From Pseudogymnoascus verrucosus (Eukaryota): DNA of 64,000 bases. The stretch lies in assembly GCA_001662655.1 (NCBI GenBank), contig KV460260.1. One strand, given 5' to 3'. Below are positions 26,335-38,497 of the stretch, piece by piece (position 1 is the stretch's first letter; the number at the start of each line of letters is the position of its first letter). The position numbers were made by a program, and so were the translations under genes. The notes beneath the pieces were generated by a model that was given only the letters and a program-made list of their open reading frames with translations, made no database searches and was not told the DNA's origin.

Positions 26335-28263
26335 CTAAGTAATGGTTACAAGTTCACGATCCACATCTTCCTGGATATAGCCTGCAGCATCGTGAAGAAG
26401 AGATAATAGTCGCCCAGGTTCGTTGTCATCGCCCCCATGAACCACGCGCTTGATAACAGCATCAATGACATTGGAAACAAACTGCCCACCACTAAAGCGG
26501 CTCTTGAGAATGTAGAGCACTCTCATGAGACTGCGCATCTCTTGCAGATCTATTGCCGAGTCGCTGGGCTTCCTTGTATCTCCCAGCAGGGTAAGTTTGA
26601 GGACAATCGGGAATGTGATATACGCCCCACTGTTAATATTAGCATTTGCCCCATCTTCGGTTATGATAAAATGATTGCTCACAGTGCTAGTGGGATGCTA
26701 TTATTATCGCTCTGGGATAGCAAATCCTCCGCGCTTCTGGCTATACGTGAAGCCGAGTCCATGACCTCCTGCACCGCACCTTCAATAAACTTGCTGGCCG
26801 GAAGGGTATAGTTATAAGGGTTCAGGTGTGTGTATGGGAAGTACAGCACCGCAATGACCGAACTGCCAAAAAGCTGAAGTCAGCCATATTCGACCAAAGT
26901 TGGGACCGCCTCAACACATCAACTTACTCTGCAATTATCTTGGATAGTTGGCATGGCACGTCACACCTGTCCATGGACATCTTCCGAGATATATCAAGGG
27001 AGAATTCAAAGTCCTCCCTCAAAGCTGTGACCTCGGAATGAAACGATATTACCTCCATGATCTCGTTGACATCGACGTTACGACGCCTATCATTGTATTT
27101 CGCATATCCCAGTCTTCCTTGGAACATCATAATCCTCGCCATAACCCGACTAAGCTCGCACTGCTTGATGAAGTTGTCGATTGACAGAGTTTTGGAAATA
27201 GGGCTCATAAAACATGGCTCTGCTGACTCCATACCGAAATCTTCTGGGGTCACAATAATCTGAGTCAACGGTTCTGTATGCAGGCGATTGATCCTCCGAA
27301 GAGCAAATGCCAGCATGGAGTCGCGAAGCTGGCAGCACCACCAGATAATCTTCCTTCGCCCAGGACTGACGGATATATGTGCATAATCTAGCTCTTGCAG
27401 AATGGCTACCCGAGCATGTATAAATGCCTGGTCGACCCAGTAGCAATTCGACTGCTCCTCGGCACTGAAAGGACTCCAGAAGCTAAGTAAGATGGCTGCT
27501 CTGGCACGACTAATTGGCGATTCTTTGGCGGATGAATGATAGGTTTTCTAGCGGGATATTGTTATTATTTTGGTATTTTATCGAGATTGGAAAACTGAAC
27601 TTACTCTGGCCGCTTCAAAAAGGTCGCTATGGCACTCAATTATCGAGGCGTATTTTGTTTTGCATATCTGCTCGTAGTCGAGATGCTAATATGGCTATTA
27701 GAATCCGCTAATAGAGCTTTATAATCCCTCAAATATGAGCTTACCATCGCGCCCGCAAATAATAGAGCCTTAAACTCCACCAAGGTAATGCTTTTCAGGA
27801 ATCCCATGTCGCCTCTACGATAATAGGCGTTATGGAATTCAACTTCGTCAAAGACTGGGCATAGGGGGTGCACATGCTTGAAGTAGAGGATGACAAGCTC
27901 GTCGCGAAAGGATTTGGGGGGAAGGTCAAAAGGGTTATCTTGGCTCAAACCTTCCATTTCGTCGATGCCTGGCCTGCTCTCCATAACTAGCTGTTCCTGA
28001 CCTGAGCCATATCCCATCCCTTGAGATATAGACTCGGTTGTTGCTGAGCTGCCACTATCAATGTTGTGCTCGGTGTTGTACATCGTATTGTGCTGTGTTC
28101 CATGACCATATTGGCCATCCGGCGAGATGGTGCTGCCGAGCTCATCCCATAAACCCCAATACCAGGACGCAAGTTCGTCCCACGGGCCTCTCTTTCCAGC
28201 ATTTTCACCTTCTGCGAATCTCTCCGCTGCCGCGAGGGCCTCCTCAAAAGACTTACTAGCCAT
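26335..28263 (-). CDS. Fungal-specific transcription factor domain protein (no Zn2Cys6 cluster visible)
   Basis: LYFKHVHPLCPVFDEVEF, LLSFWSP, RRKIIWWCCQLRDSMLAFALRR middle-homology motifs; exons splice in frame. Confidence 0.75.
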
Positions 28264-28869
28264 GAAGAGCTCCTATTTCCAAAAAAAAAAGACAAGAAAT
28301 CGAGAGACACGTTGCGTAAGATGTGAAGTGAGCATCATTAGAATTCATTTTGCGGGGTTTAGCCTGATACATGCGGGGACCGCTAATGGCACGGACCCTC
28401 TAACCACTAGCTCGGTAGGACCGCAGCGGCTAGGGCGTGGTCACGTGATATGTCAAGTTCCCGCATTTAGGGCCATAACCAACGGTTCTTCTTGGACTAG
28501 TTTACTAGAACATGTGATAAATGGTAAAAGGAAGACTTAGCCAGAGTTTCAAAGATCTAGAATATTAGAACAAAGCTAGACAAGAGGTCTAGTCGCTATA
28601 TCAAGTACTGTGTCGCCGCTGACTTACTCGACAACGTCGAGTCAGTGCGGGTCCCGTCGGTTGGCATTACCCCGCCGATCCCTGTGCCTCACGAACCCCC
28701 TATAGCTTGGCACGTTATTATGTACACCAACGAGCCTCAAGCAAAGCAAAGCCAGGCCTTGTTTCGCCCACGGAAACCACGTCCACGGAAGATCAGGAGA
28801 TAATCCGAAATTACAGCGTTCTAGGCCAGCCGGGGTTTGTATGGGACACTTCACAATGCATAAACGCAT

Positions 28870-28953
28870 ACTGCAAATCACTAATTATAGGTACAGTTCG
28901 CAGCGACGAAGACTGCAAATCATTAATTATAGGTACAGTTCGCAGCGACGGAG
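28870..28953. repeat. Tandem duplication, 2 x 42 bp
   Basis: ACTGCAAATCACTAATTATAGGTACAGTTCGCAGCGACGAAG followed by ACTGCAAATCATTAATTATAGGTACAGTTCGCAGCGACGGAG (2 mismatches). Confidence 0.95.
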
Positions 28954-29228
28954 GATGCACGTGGAGGTAAAGTCTGATTTATCGATATCTAGGAGCGGCA
29001 ATATGCTCATGTGGGTTTCAGCCTAGCCAAGGGTCCATATGGGTCCATGTGTCATCTAGTGGCCCTAGTCCCGTTCCTAATGCCCCTAACATTACGCTTG
29101 TGCAGTACTATCACCATACCCCTGGTTTTACAGATTTTGATCTTTCTCCATTTCTCAACAGACGCCGATCAAATGCTATGCCTCCCAACTCATTCGTTAC
29201 CCATTACACACCACATATCGCCGCTACG

Positions 29229-29996
29229 TCATAGGGCAAGCATCAGCCCCAGCATACCCAGAGCACCAGAAAGTCCAACAATGGCCGCTGTCGGCCGAGA
29301 AGCCAGGGCTTCTGAAGTGCTGGTGCCACCCTTATCACCTGCTACTTTTGCGTTTGCTCCCGCAGCACCGCCGGTTCCAGTACCGTCGTCGGTTTGGCGA
29401 GGGGTGCATCCGGTAGTGGCGTGCGTTTGAACGCTCAGGACGTAGTTCTTGATTTCGGGAGACAAGTCATTGTACCATGATGGGGTCTGGCCGGCCTTGA
29501 ATGCGCTGGCAATCGAGCTACGAGCGCCAGCATTTCCAAGCTGACCAAGGATGCTGCCAGGAATAGCAGTGAGCATTTGCCGGGCAAGTGTGGCATCCGG
29601 CGGGTCGAATCCTCCGATGCATGTCGGCATGGTAGTTGCAATTGGAACGTTTCCAGTGATACCTGCCTTGGATGATAATGCGGCCCTTGAGGAATTGTCA
29701 GTCGATTTCTTCTGAAGTGCATAGAGTACATACACTAATTGTGACATGGCATCGGGAGCATCAGACGCGGAGCCTTCGTCTTGTCTCTTTTTATTCTTGG
29801 CTATCTCATCAGTGATGAGAGATACTTTGGATGATAATTTAGCACTTAGGTGATTGTCAGTCGATTTCTTCGCAAGTGGGGAGAGTACATACACTAATTG
29901 TGCCATGGCATCACGAGCCTCATGAATTGCTTCATTCTGAGCCACCACGGCGGCGATGAGCGTGAATAGCAAGAGGCACAGTGCCTTAGACCACAT
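29229..29996 (-). CDS. Secreted, probably GPI-anchored cell-surface protein with an internal duplication
   Basis: Signal peptide MWSKALCLLLFTLIAAVVA; Kex2-like KR; PSWYNDLSPEIKNY motif; Gly/Thr-rich linker; hydrophobic C-terminus. Two candidate 48-nt in-frame introns at 29845-29892 and 29686-29733. Confidence 0.8.
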   Translation of the reverse strand: MWSKALCLLLFTLIAAVVAQNEAIHEARDAMAQLVYVLSPLAKKSTDNHLSAKLSSKVSLITDEIAKNKKRQDEGSASDAPDAMSQLVYVLYALQKKSTDNSSRAALSSKAGITGNVPIATTMPTCIGGFDPPDATLARQMLTAIPGSILGQLGNAGARSSIASAFKAGQTPSWYNDLSPEIKNYVLSVQTHATTGCTPRQTDDGTGTGGAAGANAKVAGDKGGTSTSEALASRPTAAIVGLSGALGMLGLMLAL

Positions 29997-30267
29997 GATG
30001 GGCGATGTTGATAAAGATCGAGTAGGCGGGCCAAAAGGATATTTACAACAATGTATAGTCCACCGACTTCAAAAAATAGAAGGTAAGAAAAGTCGATGTT
30101 ACGGTCGCCAACATGATCGACGGAGGTGTGGATTATGTGTGCATTATTAACGTACAGCAATCTTCAGTTTCAAGGGTAATTGCCACCAATTCGGCTCTCC
30201 AGAGATTTTCCATGTGAATCCCAGTTTAGCAACTAAGCCTACCCGAGGTTATAAGACTAAGAGATCA

Positions 30268-30492
30268 GGCGGGGTATGCAAGTGTTCTTGTTTTTAGTTG
30301 TATTACTTGGATCATGCCTTTGATGTTAATTAGGCGCCGGGTAGCAATAAGCATCATTCAATAAGTTGGCAGTGGGGGTTCCAGGCACAGTTCCTTGTGC
30401 AGCTGTCAGTGCACGGCTACCCTGTGGGGTTCCCCCGTGGGGAACCCCTCGTGTTGGTACCCCGCCTGCAGCAATACATCGGCTAACCCCGC
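30268..30492. promoter_or_regulatory. Cluster of SYGGRG (CreA/Mig1-type) boxes and a 10-bp-stem hairpin in a divergent promoter
   Basis: GCGGGG/GTGGGG or the reverse complement CCCCGC near 30268, 30371, 30424, 30437, 30460 and 30487; GGGGTTCCCC-CGT-GGGGAACCCC at 30426-30448. Confidence 0.4.
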
Positions 30493-30701
30493 AGTTCTTA
30501 CCCGAACCCCCTGTTCATGCGGAGTCAAGGTCATCGAGATCGCGTGCTAGTGGACAATTGGGTGTTATCACAATTGCTCCTAAATGCTATAAGTAATCCA
30601 AGTGTATCCATAGGAAAATAGAGTTTCACGATCAGCTCAACTTAGGCACAATCCAGTCCATCAATCGCAAAACAGCCTCGTAGACAAGCCAAACCGCCAA
30701 T

Positions 30702-31252
30702 ATGCGCTTCTTCAGCTTCGTTCCTTTCCTCGTTCTGGCTCCTTTTGCCTTTGCGTCTCCAGCAGTCCAAGGTTCCCAAGCGGAGGCTGCTGCTCCCTTG
30801 GATTTGACCAACAGGGCCGTTGATCTCAGTGGCCTGCTCGGAACTCTCACTCAGGACCTTGGTGCCATTACTTCGCTGCTGAAGCCAGCAACCTTCACGA
30901 ACATCGAATCTGTTATCACCCATCTGGCGCTACTCCTCGATGACAAGACCACCAACCAGACCAAGTCGCTGCTGAACACGGCCAGCACTCTCCTCGCTGG
31001 CCCTCTCCTCCCATCGCTCACCAGCCTCATTACACCCGACTTTATCACTAAGATCAGCGGACTTATCAACAACGCAAACAACCTATTGACTCCGACATTC
31101 GTCAAGCAGACGACCGGGTTGATCAACGATGTTGCTCCTGTAAGTCTCAAGCGTTAGTTCTCGGTGCATAGTTTATTGCTAACATTTCGCAGTTGATCTC
31201 GGCCGTCGCTCAACTGATAGGTGGTCTTCTCTCCGCTATCCTTGGCGGATAG
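30702..31252 (+). CDS. Small secreted Leu/Thr-rich protein of unknown function
   Basis: Signal peptide MRFFSFVPFLVLAPFAFA; repeated amphipathic motif (LLxPxF..QTxxLIN); intron 31140-31192; ends LLSAILGG-TAG. Confidence 0.85.
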
Positions 31253-31786
31253 AGTACGAACGAGCTGGTTTGTGGGAAGTTTATGATGAGATGAATGGTC
31301 GCCATGGGCCATGGTATCATGCGAGATGTCGGGGCCCATTCTATTTGGAGGAGCATACTCCATAGTATATAAGTCAATAATTCGGGAAGATACAACTAGC
31401 TATATAATACGAGCCCTGTCACATTGATAATACGCTTTATGATCTTGAGATGAATATGTAATAACAGAATTAGTTTTTTATTGGGAATAAAGGCAGAACT
31501 TAACATATCGTAGTAATAAAGTGCTATTTTTTGATAAGGAGCGCAAGATTTGACATATTGTAATCACGAAAGACGGTTATCACTCATCAAGTTTTACTAC
31601 AATAACAATTAAGACTCTTCAATTCACCTGCGTTGTACAGAAAGAATCGGGTATCATTTTATCATCAAAAGGTTTCTATATACTACTATGTATGCATTCC
31701 CATTCCCACGCAATAAAAACAAAAACAAAAGATATACAATTTGAAATAATACCAAAATAAGGAAAGAGGGGCAGAAGTGCCCATGA

Positions 31787-32767
31787 CTAAGCCATATTCT
31801 TCATCCTTCGGCGCATATCCTTCAAGTAGAACTTCATCGGGTATGTTCGAATGAACATAGGTAATTGAGGGTAAACCGTCTTGGTGACCCCCAACAAGAC
31901 CTTGTAAGCCCTCTTGCGGGATTTTGAAGTCTTGAGACCATACGCGTCTCGCATGTGCGGTGGCAACCATTCTGCCGTCATCAGACGCAGCGCAGGCATG
32001 TTAATCTTAGCCCACAATGGGAGCTCCTTGTTCCAGAGAAGATCCTTGCCGACACTGATAGCGTGAGCTGAAATTTCAAAGCTTGCAATACTGCGGTCCC
32101 AGTACTCCCAGAACGCTTTCCGGTCTACGGGCCACATCTCCGGGGGCACTCGCAGTGTCGTGGCCAGAACAGCGTACTCCTGGTAGATTTCGTCGGCCTT
32201 AGCGTCGTCAAATTTTCCAAAAATCTTTTCGGTGATATCGAGCCCTACCGCGTACAGAGTCGATGCAACCCACAGCTGAAGGTCGACATCGTTTGCGGAA
32301 TAAGTTGCCCCCTGGACAGGGGCATGAGCCCGGTGGACCATATCAATAATGGTTTTCTTCTCGTCCACAGAACCAAACGCCATGCAGTAAACATACGTCA
32401 TGGTGGTCCGCAGGCGATCCACAGGCCTGTACGCGAAGTTGCTGTGTTCATTGACTCCCCGACCCACACCGGGGTTGGCGACCTGGAGCAGGATTGCGAC
32501 CGCGCCACCCGCAAGAAGAATGGCCTCTTGGACCACTTTTTGCATCTCCTTGGGCTGGAATGACGGATCCAATGGGTCTAACCTCTTGCGGGTCTTCCCA
32601 ATTGCCAGACTTTGCTTCTCGGGGCTCCCTGGGGTCATTGTTCTGCTGTCCAAGGCATCCGTAGCCGCCAAGGCGCCTTTCTCGTTGATGGTGTCAGCCG
32701 GGCCTGACATTTCTGGGGCAACGAACACGTCGGTCGTCATAGCGTGGTAGGTAGTTTGTGCTTGCAT
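31787..32767 (-). CDS. Oxygenase MpaB/rubber-oxygenase-like (DUF2236) domain protein
   Basis: Intronless 326-aa ORF with GGAVAILLQVANPGVGRGVNEHS, RLRTTMTYVY, VHRAHAPV, YSANDVDLQLWVASTL, LRVPPEMWP. Confidence 0.85.
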   Translation of the reverse strand: MQAQTTYHAMTTDVFVAPEMSGPADTINEKGALAATDALDSRTMTPGSPEKQSLAIGKTRKRLDPLDPSFQPKEMQKVVQEAILLAGGAVAILLQVANPGVGRGVNEHSNFAYRPVDRLRTTMTYVYCMAFGSVDEKKTIIDMVHRAHAPVQGATYSANDVDLQLWVASTLYAVGLDITEKIFGKFDDAKADEIYQEYAVLATTLRVPPEMWPVDRKAFWEYWDRSIASFEISAHAISVGKDLLWNKELPLWAKINMPALRLMTAEWLPPHMRDAYGLKTSKSRKRAYKVLLGVTKTVYPQLPMFIRTYPMKFYLKDMRRRMKNMA

Positions 32768-33466
32768 AGAAATGTATAACTGTGAAATAAGGGTCGTTGC
32801 ACTAAATTACGAAACAGGCTGGATGTTGAGAGGGAGGTAAGCACGGCAGTATTTACAGGAACACTTTCACAACAGTTATATATTCAGAGCAACTTGAAAT
32901 TACCTTTGTCACAAGGCTACGAAACGCCTATCGCGGCAGCATTCGGTAGGCGCCGGCAAATTCTAGTTGGGATGGGATCTTTTCCATTCTGAGAGCGCAT
33001 GTGGCCAAGGCGTCCCGTACATAGCGCACCCTGTCAACGGCCCCTCAGGGTGTTAACCGGACCCCGCCTTACATGTGGATGGGATGTGGATAGCGAGTCT
33101 TGTTCAAGGAGTTTGTAACCGAACCCCGCACTATTGGTACGTACCAATTATGGGGTAAATTGTGTCTAAAGGCATAATGCTAATGTTGATCCCTCCATGC
33201 CGAAGTAGGTGTCCGTGCATGCGTGGGGGAGGCGGCATGGGGTGGGGGGAACTGGCATTATCAAAATGTATCAAAACGGGGCTGTGTCACGACATGGTTA
33301 CAGGGTTTTGCAATTTTACTTTCATCCCATCCTATATTTTGTGTAAATTTGCTCCTGTGCTTATCAGCTCTTGTGCAAATTTCATGGAAGCTGGAGCTCC
33401 CGGATCGTAGTCTCAAGCTAAGACGGGCCTCTTGGATTGCAGTCTGAAGCTGGAAAAGTTCCCACA

Positions 33467-34950
33467 ATGGGTAACACTGGAAAAGACTCGATTGAGGAGA
33501 AGACTAGTCATGTCATTGGCGCCAACCGACCAGACTTCACTGCCGGTCGCCGTTCTGGCAAAGAGAAGACCAGTAGAGGAAGCGTTCAGCAGATTGAGAA
33601 TGCCGGTGTGATGGAAGAGGATTCTCATCCTGCCAAGAAACGAGGATGCTTTGCGAGATTCTGGGCTCACTATAAGCGGCATTGGTGCTTATATGGCCTT
33701 GGTGGTGTTATCTTTTTGGCAATCTTCCTCCCAATATTGTGAGTTCTATGACGTTGCCATCTTTTGCATCAAGCAATGGGGCATATTTATCTTTCTCTGG
33801 CTACATATTCCTTCCGCCCCCTTAACAAATGACCCAGGACTAACGACGAAACAGTTTCCTAATCGTGTTCCCTGCGATTGCCCAGAGGATGGTCGACGAT
33901 GCTTCTCTCCCCATTTACTCAGCGAGCATCACCAATCCAACTCCAGATAGCGTTCAGTATTCCCTCTTCGCTGGCTTGAATGTTCCGAAACCATTCTCAG
34001 TCAAGCTCAAACCCATTGCGCTCAACTTGCTGGTGGATCAAAATCCACCAAACCGCAATCCGTATATCACAGTCCAGCTACCAGAACAAAATCTGAAGGG
34101 TAATGCAACTATAACCGTCACAAACCAGACAACCAATATTCTAGACAAAGAAATATTCGGAACCTTTTTGCACAGTGCGGTTTATCAAGAAACCTTCATT
34201 CTATCAGCTTCAGGCGCAACAGATGCTTATGTGGGCAAACTCAAGGCACATATCAGCCTCGACAAAAAGGTGGAACTAAAAGGTAAGAGCTCCCAATTCA
34301 TAATCCTTGAAATGTGGCACAATATGAAAGTTTGCTAAGACCCTAATTAGGTCTTAACAAGTTGAAGGGCTTTGGCATTGCGAGTGCTCGTGCTGTCTTA
34401 CCTGCTGAGGCAGACGGAACAAACCTTATTGCCGAACTAACCATTCCTAACGCATCTCTGGTGTCTTTTGAACTTGTAAGCCATCCTGTTCCCCTCTGCC
34501 GCGTCGTTTGACTAACCGTTTTTCTAGGGGAATGTGACACTGAACATTATCGTTGGCGGGATTCTCCTTGGAAACGCCACGATGAAAAATGTTTACCTTG
34601 TTCCTGGAAACAACACTGTTTCAGCTCGGGGAGTAGTCAATCTCAAGACGGCTATTATGAATCTACCTGCGATTCTGTCATCCCAGGTGGGCGCTCTCAC
34701 AAGCGGAAACATCGAAATGTCGGCGTCAGGAAACTCGACCATCTACAATGGTCACCACATCGACTATTACGAGAAGGTTTTGAATGCACTCGTGTTGACC
34801 ACACAGTTTCCATTGTTGTCCATTCTAATGGACAGCTTGACAGGAGTGTTAGGTGGCAACGGTGGCACAGCCATACCTTTTGCATCTGGGTACAATGTGA
34901 CCAATATCATTCCGCTCCTGCAGAATCTGACCGCGATAGCCGGGTTCTAA
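33467..34950 (+). CDS. Single-pass membrane protein, DUF3712 family
   Basis: N-terminal KKRGC.ARFWAHYKRHW followed by a TM helix; beta-rich luminal part (ITNPTPDSV, LDKKVELKGLN, IPNAS.VSFELGNVT, LVPGNNT); three introns. Confidence 0.8.
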
Positions 34951-35448
34951 ATCATGAAACCATAGCATTTTAATTTGTTTTGTCGTCAAGCTGGATACCC
35001 GGTTTAATGAGTTGGCCATGGGAAATACCCGCAGTTCGAACTGCGTATGTACATAGCTTTCATAGCGAAATTACGAAATCCTGATCTTTCCATCGTGTGT
35101 ATAACTGATCGAGAAAATGGATCCGGGAATACATTTCTATTTATTTGGGCAAATTCTGCCTGGTCTGCAATTGCCGAGGTTATGCTTTGAAATAATACTA
35201 TGCCTACAAATTATGAACCGAGAGCAAGGGTTGAGCCAACGTGACACTTGGCAAAGTATAATGAAGGATTCGACAACAAAGGGTCCAACATGCACATGCG
35301 CGCGTAATGATTCCTCCGCGGAACGATGCCTGTTTATACTATATTTATTCTTTGTCCCCGTCTTTAAATTTGTACTTACACCAGCACAGCATATCACTGC
35401 ATTCGGATATATCTCTCGACCCATCAAGAGCAGGCTCGGCAATCTACC

Positions 35449-35798
35449 ATGTCCAAAGTATTTTCTCAGAGTGATGTTGCATCGCATAACAAGGCTGATG
35501 ACATTTGGATTATTATTAACAACGACGTCTTTGACGTGACAAAATTCCAAGACACGCATCCAGGCGGTAAAAAGGGTATGAAGACTTCCTCATATTTTCT
35601 AAAGTCAGATAAAACATCTGCTGATTCTGTTTAGTCATGCAAACTGTTAGTGGCAAAGATGCCACAAAGAAATTCCAGAAGTATCACAGAGATGCAATCT
35701 TGAATAAGCACAGGGAAGAACTACAGATCGGTAGCCTTGAAGTTGTTGAGACGAAACCCAAATCTTCGTCCTTATTCTCATTTTTGAAGAAGAGCTAG
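35449..35798 (+). CDS. Small cytochrome b5-like heme-binding protein
   Basis: DVASHN..DDIWIII..DVFDVTKF..THPGG, then an intron, then GKDATKKFQKYH; stop TAG at 35796-35798. Confidence 0.88.
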
Positions 35799-36294
35799 CT
35801 ACATGCTACGGCAGAAGCACCACAGCCAGTATAAACGTGCTGGACGGTTTCAACTTGTGTCAGGCCTTTGCAGGAGTTTATCTTCGGGATCACTGTGCTC
35901 TTTTCTCAGTACCACTTCCTACAGAGGCTCATCAACGGATGATGAATAGCTGCCTGCCTTGTTTCACCGGCGAAGAGGTCATGACTGTTGCCTGCAATCT
36001 TGGATCCTGGACTAAGTTCTGCGTTTGAGGGTGAACATGCTTTGCTGCACAGTGAGGCCAGATAGTTTCTAGAGCCAGTTGCGCCAGCAGCTCTGATCTC
36101 TTGTGTGAATCGAGGAGTTGTGCGTGGAATGTGGGCTGCTGAAGGTGAACACGGGTCAGATAAACATTAGTCATGACTCAAACTAGTGCGCTATAAACCG
36201 AGAATGTGCCCAGCATGTCCCACAATGCTGATTTCTTGAGTTGAGTCTTCGATGTAGGACAGTAACTTATATAACCTATCCATCGTCTGGCTGA

Positions 36295-38050
36295 TTAGCC
36301 TGACATCATTTCAGCTTCAGCGTCTCCCGTAGAAATAGGCCCTAAATTTAGATAGAATGGATCATTCGGAAAGAGCGTATTATTCTCAAGCCATTCGTCG
36401 TCCAAGTCCTCTATGAGAGAGCTTGGTTCCACGAGCATCAACAGATTACCCTGAACGCAAGCTGTCTTGCTATACAGCATCCGTTCAAGTGCTTCGTTTC
36501 CACCCCTTATCGACGCAAGTATCCGTTGAAGCTGGGCGAGTATGTCTATTGGCCGATAAGGCGAAATCCACGAGACTGTGTCATTGTTGGCAACTGCATC
36601 CGCCACTGTACTTGCGATCTCGTAAATTTTCGTTTCCTATTTCAATATTAGCGAAGGTAAATATGTGATAGGCATGTCCACGTACCATAGTTGGTCCATG
36701 AGCTTCAAGTGCTGTACTGGGAAGCTGCGATATAAAGCCCAGGAACTCCCTCGCGATCTGAATTGGATGGTCCAGAGAGGTTATTCTGCTCCCTTTGTTT
36801 AGCCTCTCATAATTATTTGATGCTTTCCACAGAACAGCACGCATCCATTGACGCGTGACACATATATCGGCGCGTTGGACTTCGCTGCTAGAGTCCCAGT
36901 CAAGAGAGACCTCTTGTAGCTTTTTGTGAAGAGCGTAGAGAGAGTTTTGGCGGGCTGACTCCATGTCGCCTGTTTCGAACACGTCTGCACTCGAGCCCTC
37001 AAGTATTTCGAAGGCACGCGACTGATCAAATGTCCAGAAGAGATCCACAAGTTTCTGGAAAGCAGGCAGGATCTGTGTCTCGTCGTCGCCATCCATTGCT
37101 GGGAAGAGCACATTAGGTTTTAAGATAACTGGAAGTTTGTAGAGTATTCCTACGCCCCTGTTTAATGTTAAAGGGTTGATTCTAAAAACGAAACAAGAAA
37201 GGGTACCTTTCTGTTACAAACAGCAACCAAAGAATGCGTCGTCGTAGCTGTTGCTCTGACGGAGGGAGTGATAGATAGGATGACTCTCGGTGCAACCCCA
37301 TAATCTGCGCAATCGTAATCGCTTCCCTCAAAAATAGCAGAGACTTGACTCCACCCTGGTCCTGGTTTTCATAATAGATATGAAGAAAAAACGCTATTCG
37401 CAGGATGTTTAGGTTTGCACTCTGTCCGTTCTTACCCATAAGCTTCGTTCGCTGACATTCTTCTGCCATTGAACTTCCGGTAGCTGTGCTTATTCCCGTC
37501 TGGTTTAGCTTCAGCTGGGCAATAGTTGCCGCCCCTATTGCGTTTGCGAGAGCATACATCTCCATGTCTTGCACGTCTCCCTGCAACGACCCCATTATCT
37601 CTTCTACCGCCACGATCGGCCATATTGGGTATAAACGAAGTCGATATACACATAGTTGCACTATAAGGGACGAACTCGGAGTCTTAAGCGGAACCTCGGG
37701 AGGTATGGACGACGGTACACTATGCCATCAGTCGGCGACGTTTAGTAGTGGCTTTGCGGAGCATACATTGAGGGACCCGGCGAAGCAGGAACATCCATCC
37801 GACTTTCCGGAGACTCATCTGCGAAAGAACCCTCATCTTCCACACTAGGATAGCCTTTCTGCTGTGTTTGAGCAATCGATATCAGCGTTTTTGGCCTCAA
37901 AGCTTTTGGTCCGCGGTTTCCCCGGCGCTCCGTGAAGGTGCATTCGATGCGAGCGCTAATGCAGCTTTTACATGGTGGGACCTCTGAGCATTTGACCTTG
38001 CGGATCTTGCACCCATTGCAGGCGCGTCTGCCGATCTTTCGCTCCCCCAT
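36295..38050 (-). CDS. Zn(II)2Cys6 transcription factor (Mal-activator/sugar-regulator-like)
   Basis: ACNGCKIRKVKCSEVPPCKSCISARIEC, RGPK, YPIWPIV, AQIMGLHRESSY, RRRILWLLFVTER, QRADICVTRQW, LEAHGP; three introns. Confidence 0.9.
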
Positions 38051-38398
38051 CGCGCTGAGGCATTATGACTTGCATATTCCAAACCTCATGAAAAAACGCC
38101 GATGTCGTGATGGTGGCACAATGTCGTGCTTTTGGCCATTGACGCGGAGTGCGGGGTTGAACCAGGGGTCTAGTCTAGAACAGGGGCTGGAACTAAAGTT
38201 GGGGATTGGCCACATTACTGGTGGAGCCAGGGTCTTTACCGCTTGTCAAGTCACTCAAGCTTCTAAACTCCGACGTCATATCTATCGGCGCCGCGTAACT
38301 ATTCGGGCCCAACCGTAACTGAGCCATTTGATAAAATGGGCGGTCTACCTATGGATTTTAAAGTTCAACGTTGGGCCGGCCATTCGTGAAATAAATCC

Positions 38399-38497
38399 GG
38401 CACTTTGGCGGAGTGGTTAACGCGATGCCCTGCTATTTCCACGGGAAGTATTTAGGCATTTCCCTCGGGAGCGAGTGTTCGAATCACTCAGGTGTCG
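38399..38497 (+). tRNA. tRNA-Ser(GCT) with an 18-nt intron
   Basis: Acceptor stem GGCACTT/AGGTGTC plus discriminator G; A-box TGGCGGAGTGG; anticodon stem ATGCC/GGCAT with CT-GCT-A; intron 38436-38453; long variable arm TCCC-TC-GGGA; B-box GTTCGAATC; downstream T-run terminator. Confidence 0.93.

Noticed and set aside
28870..28953. CRISPR-like repeat
   Set aside because: Only two abutting units with no spacers, in a eukaryotic genome without cas genes.
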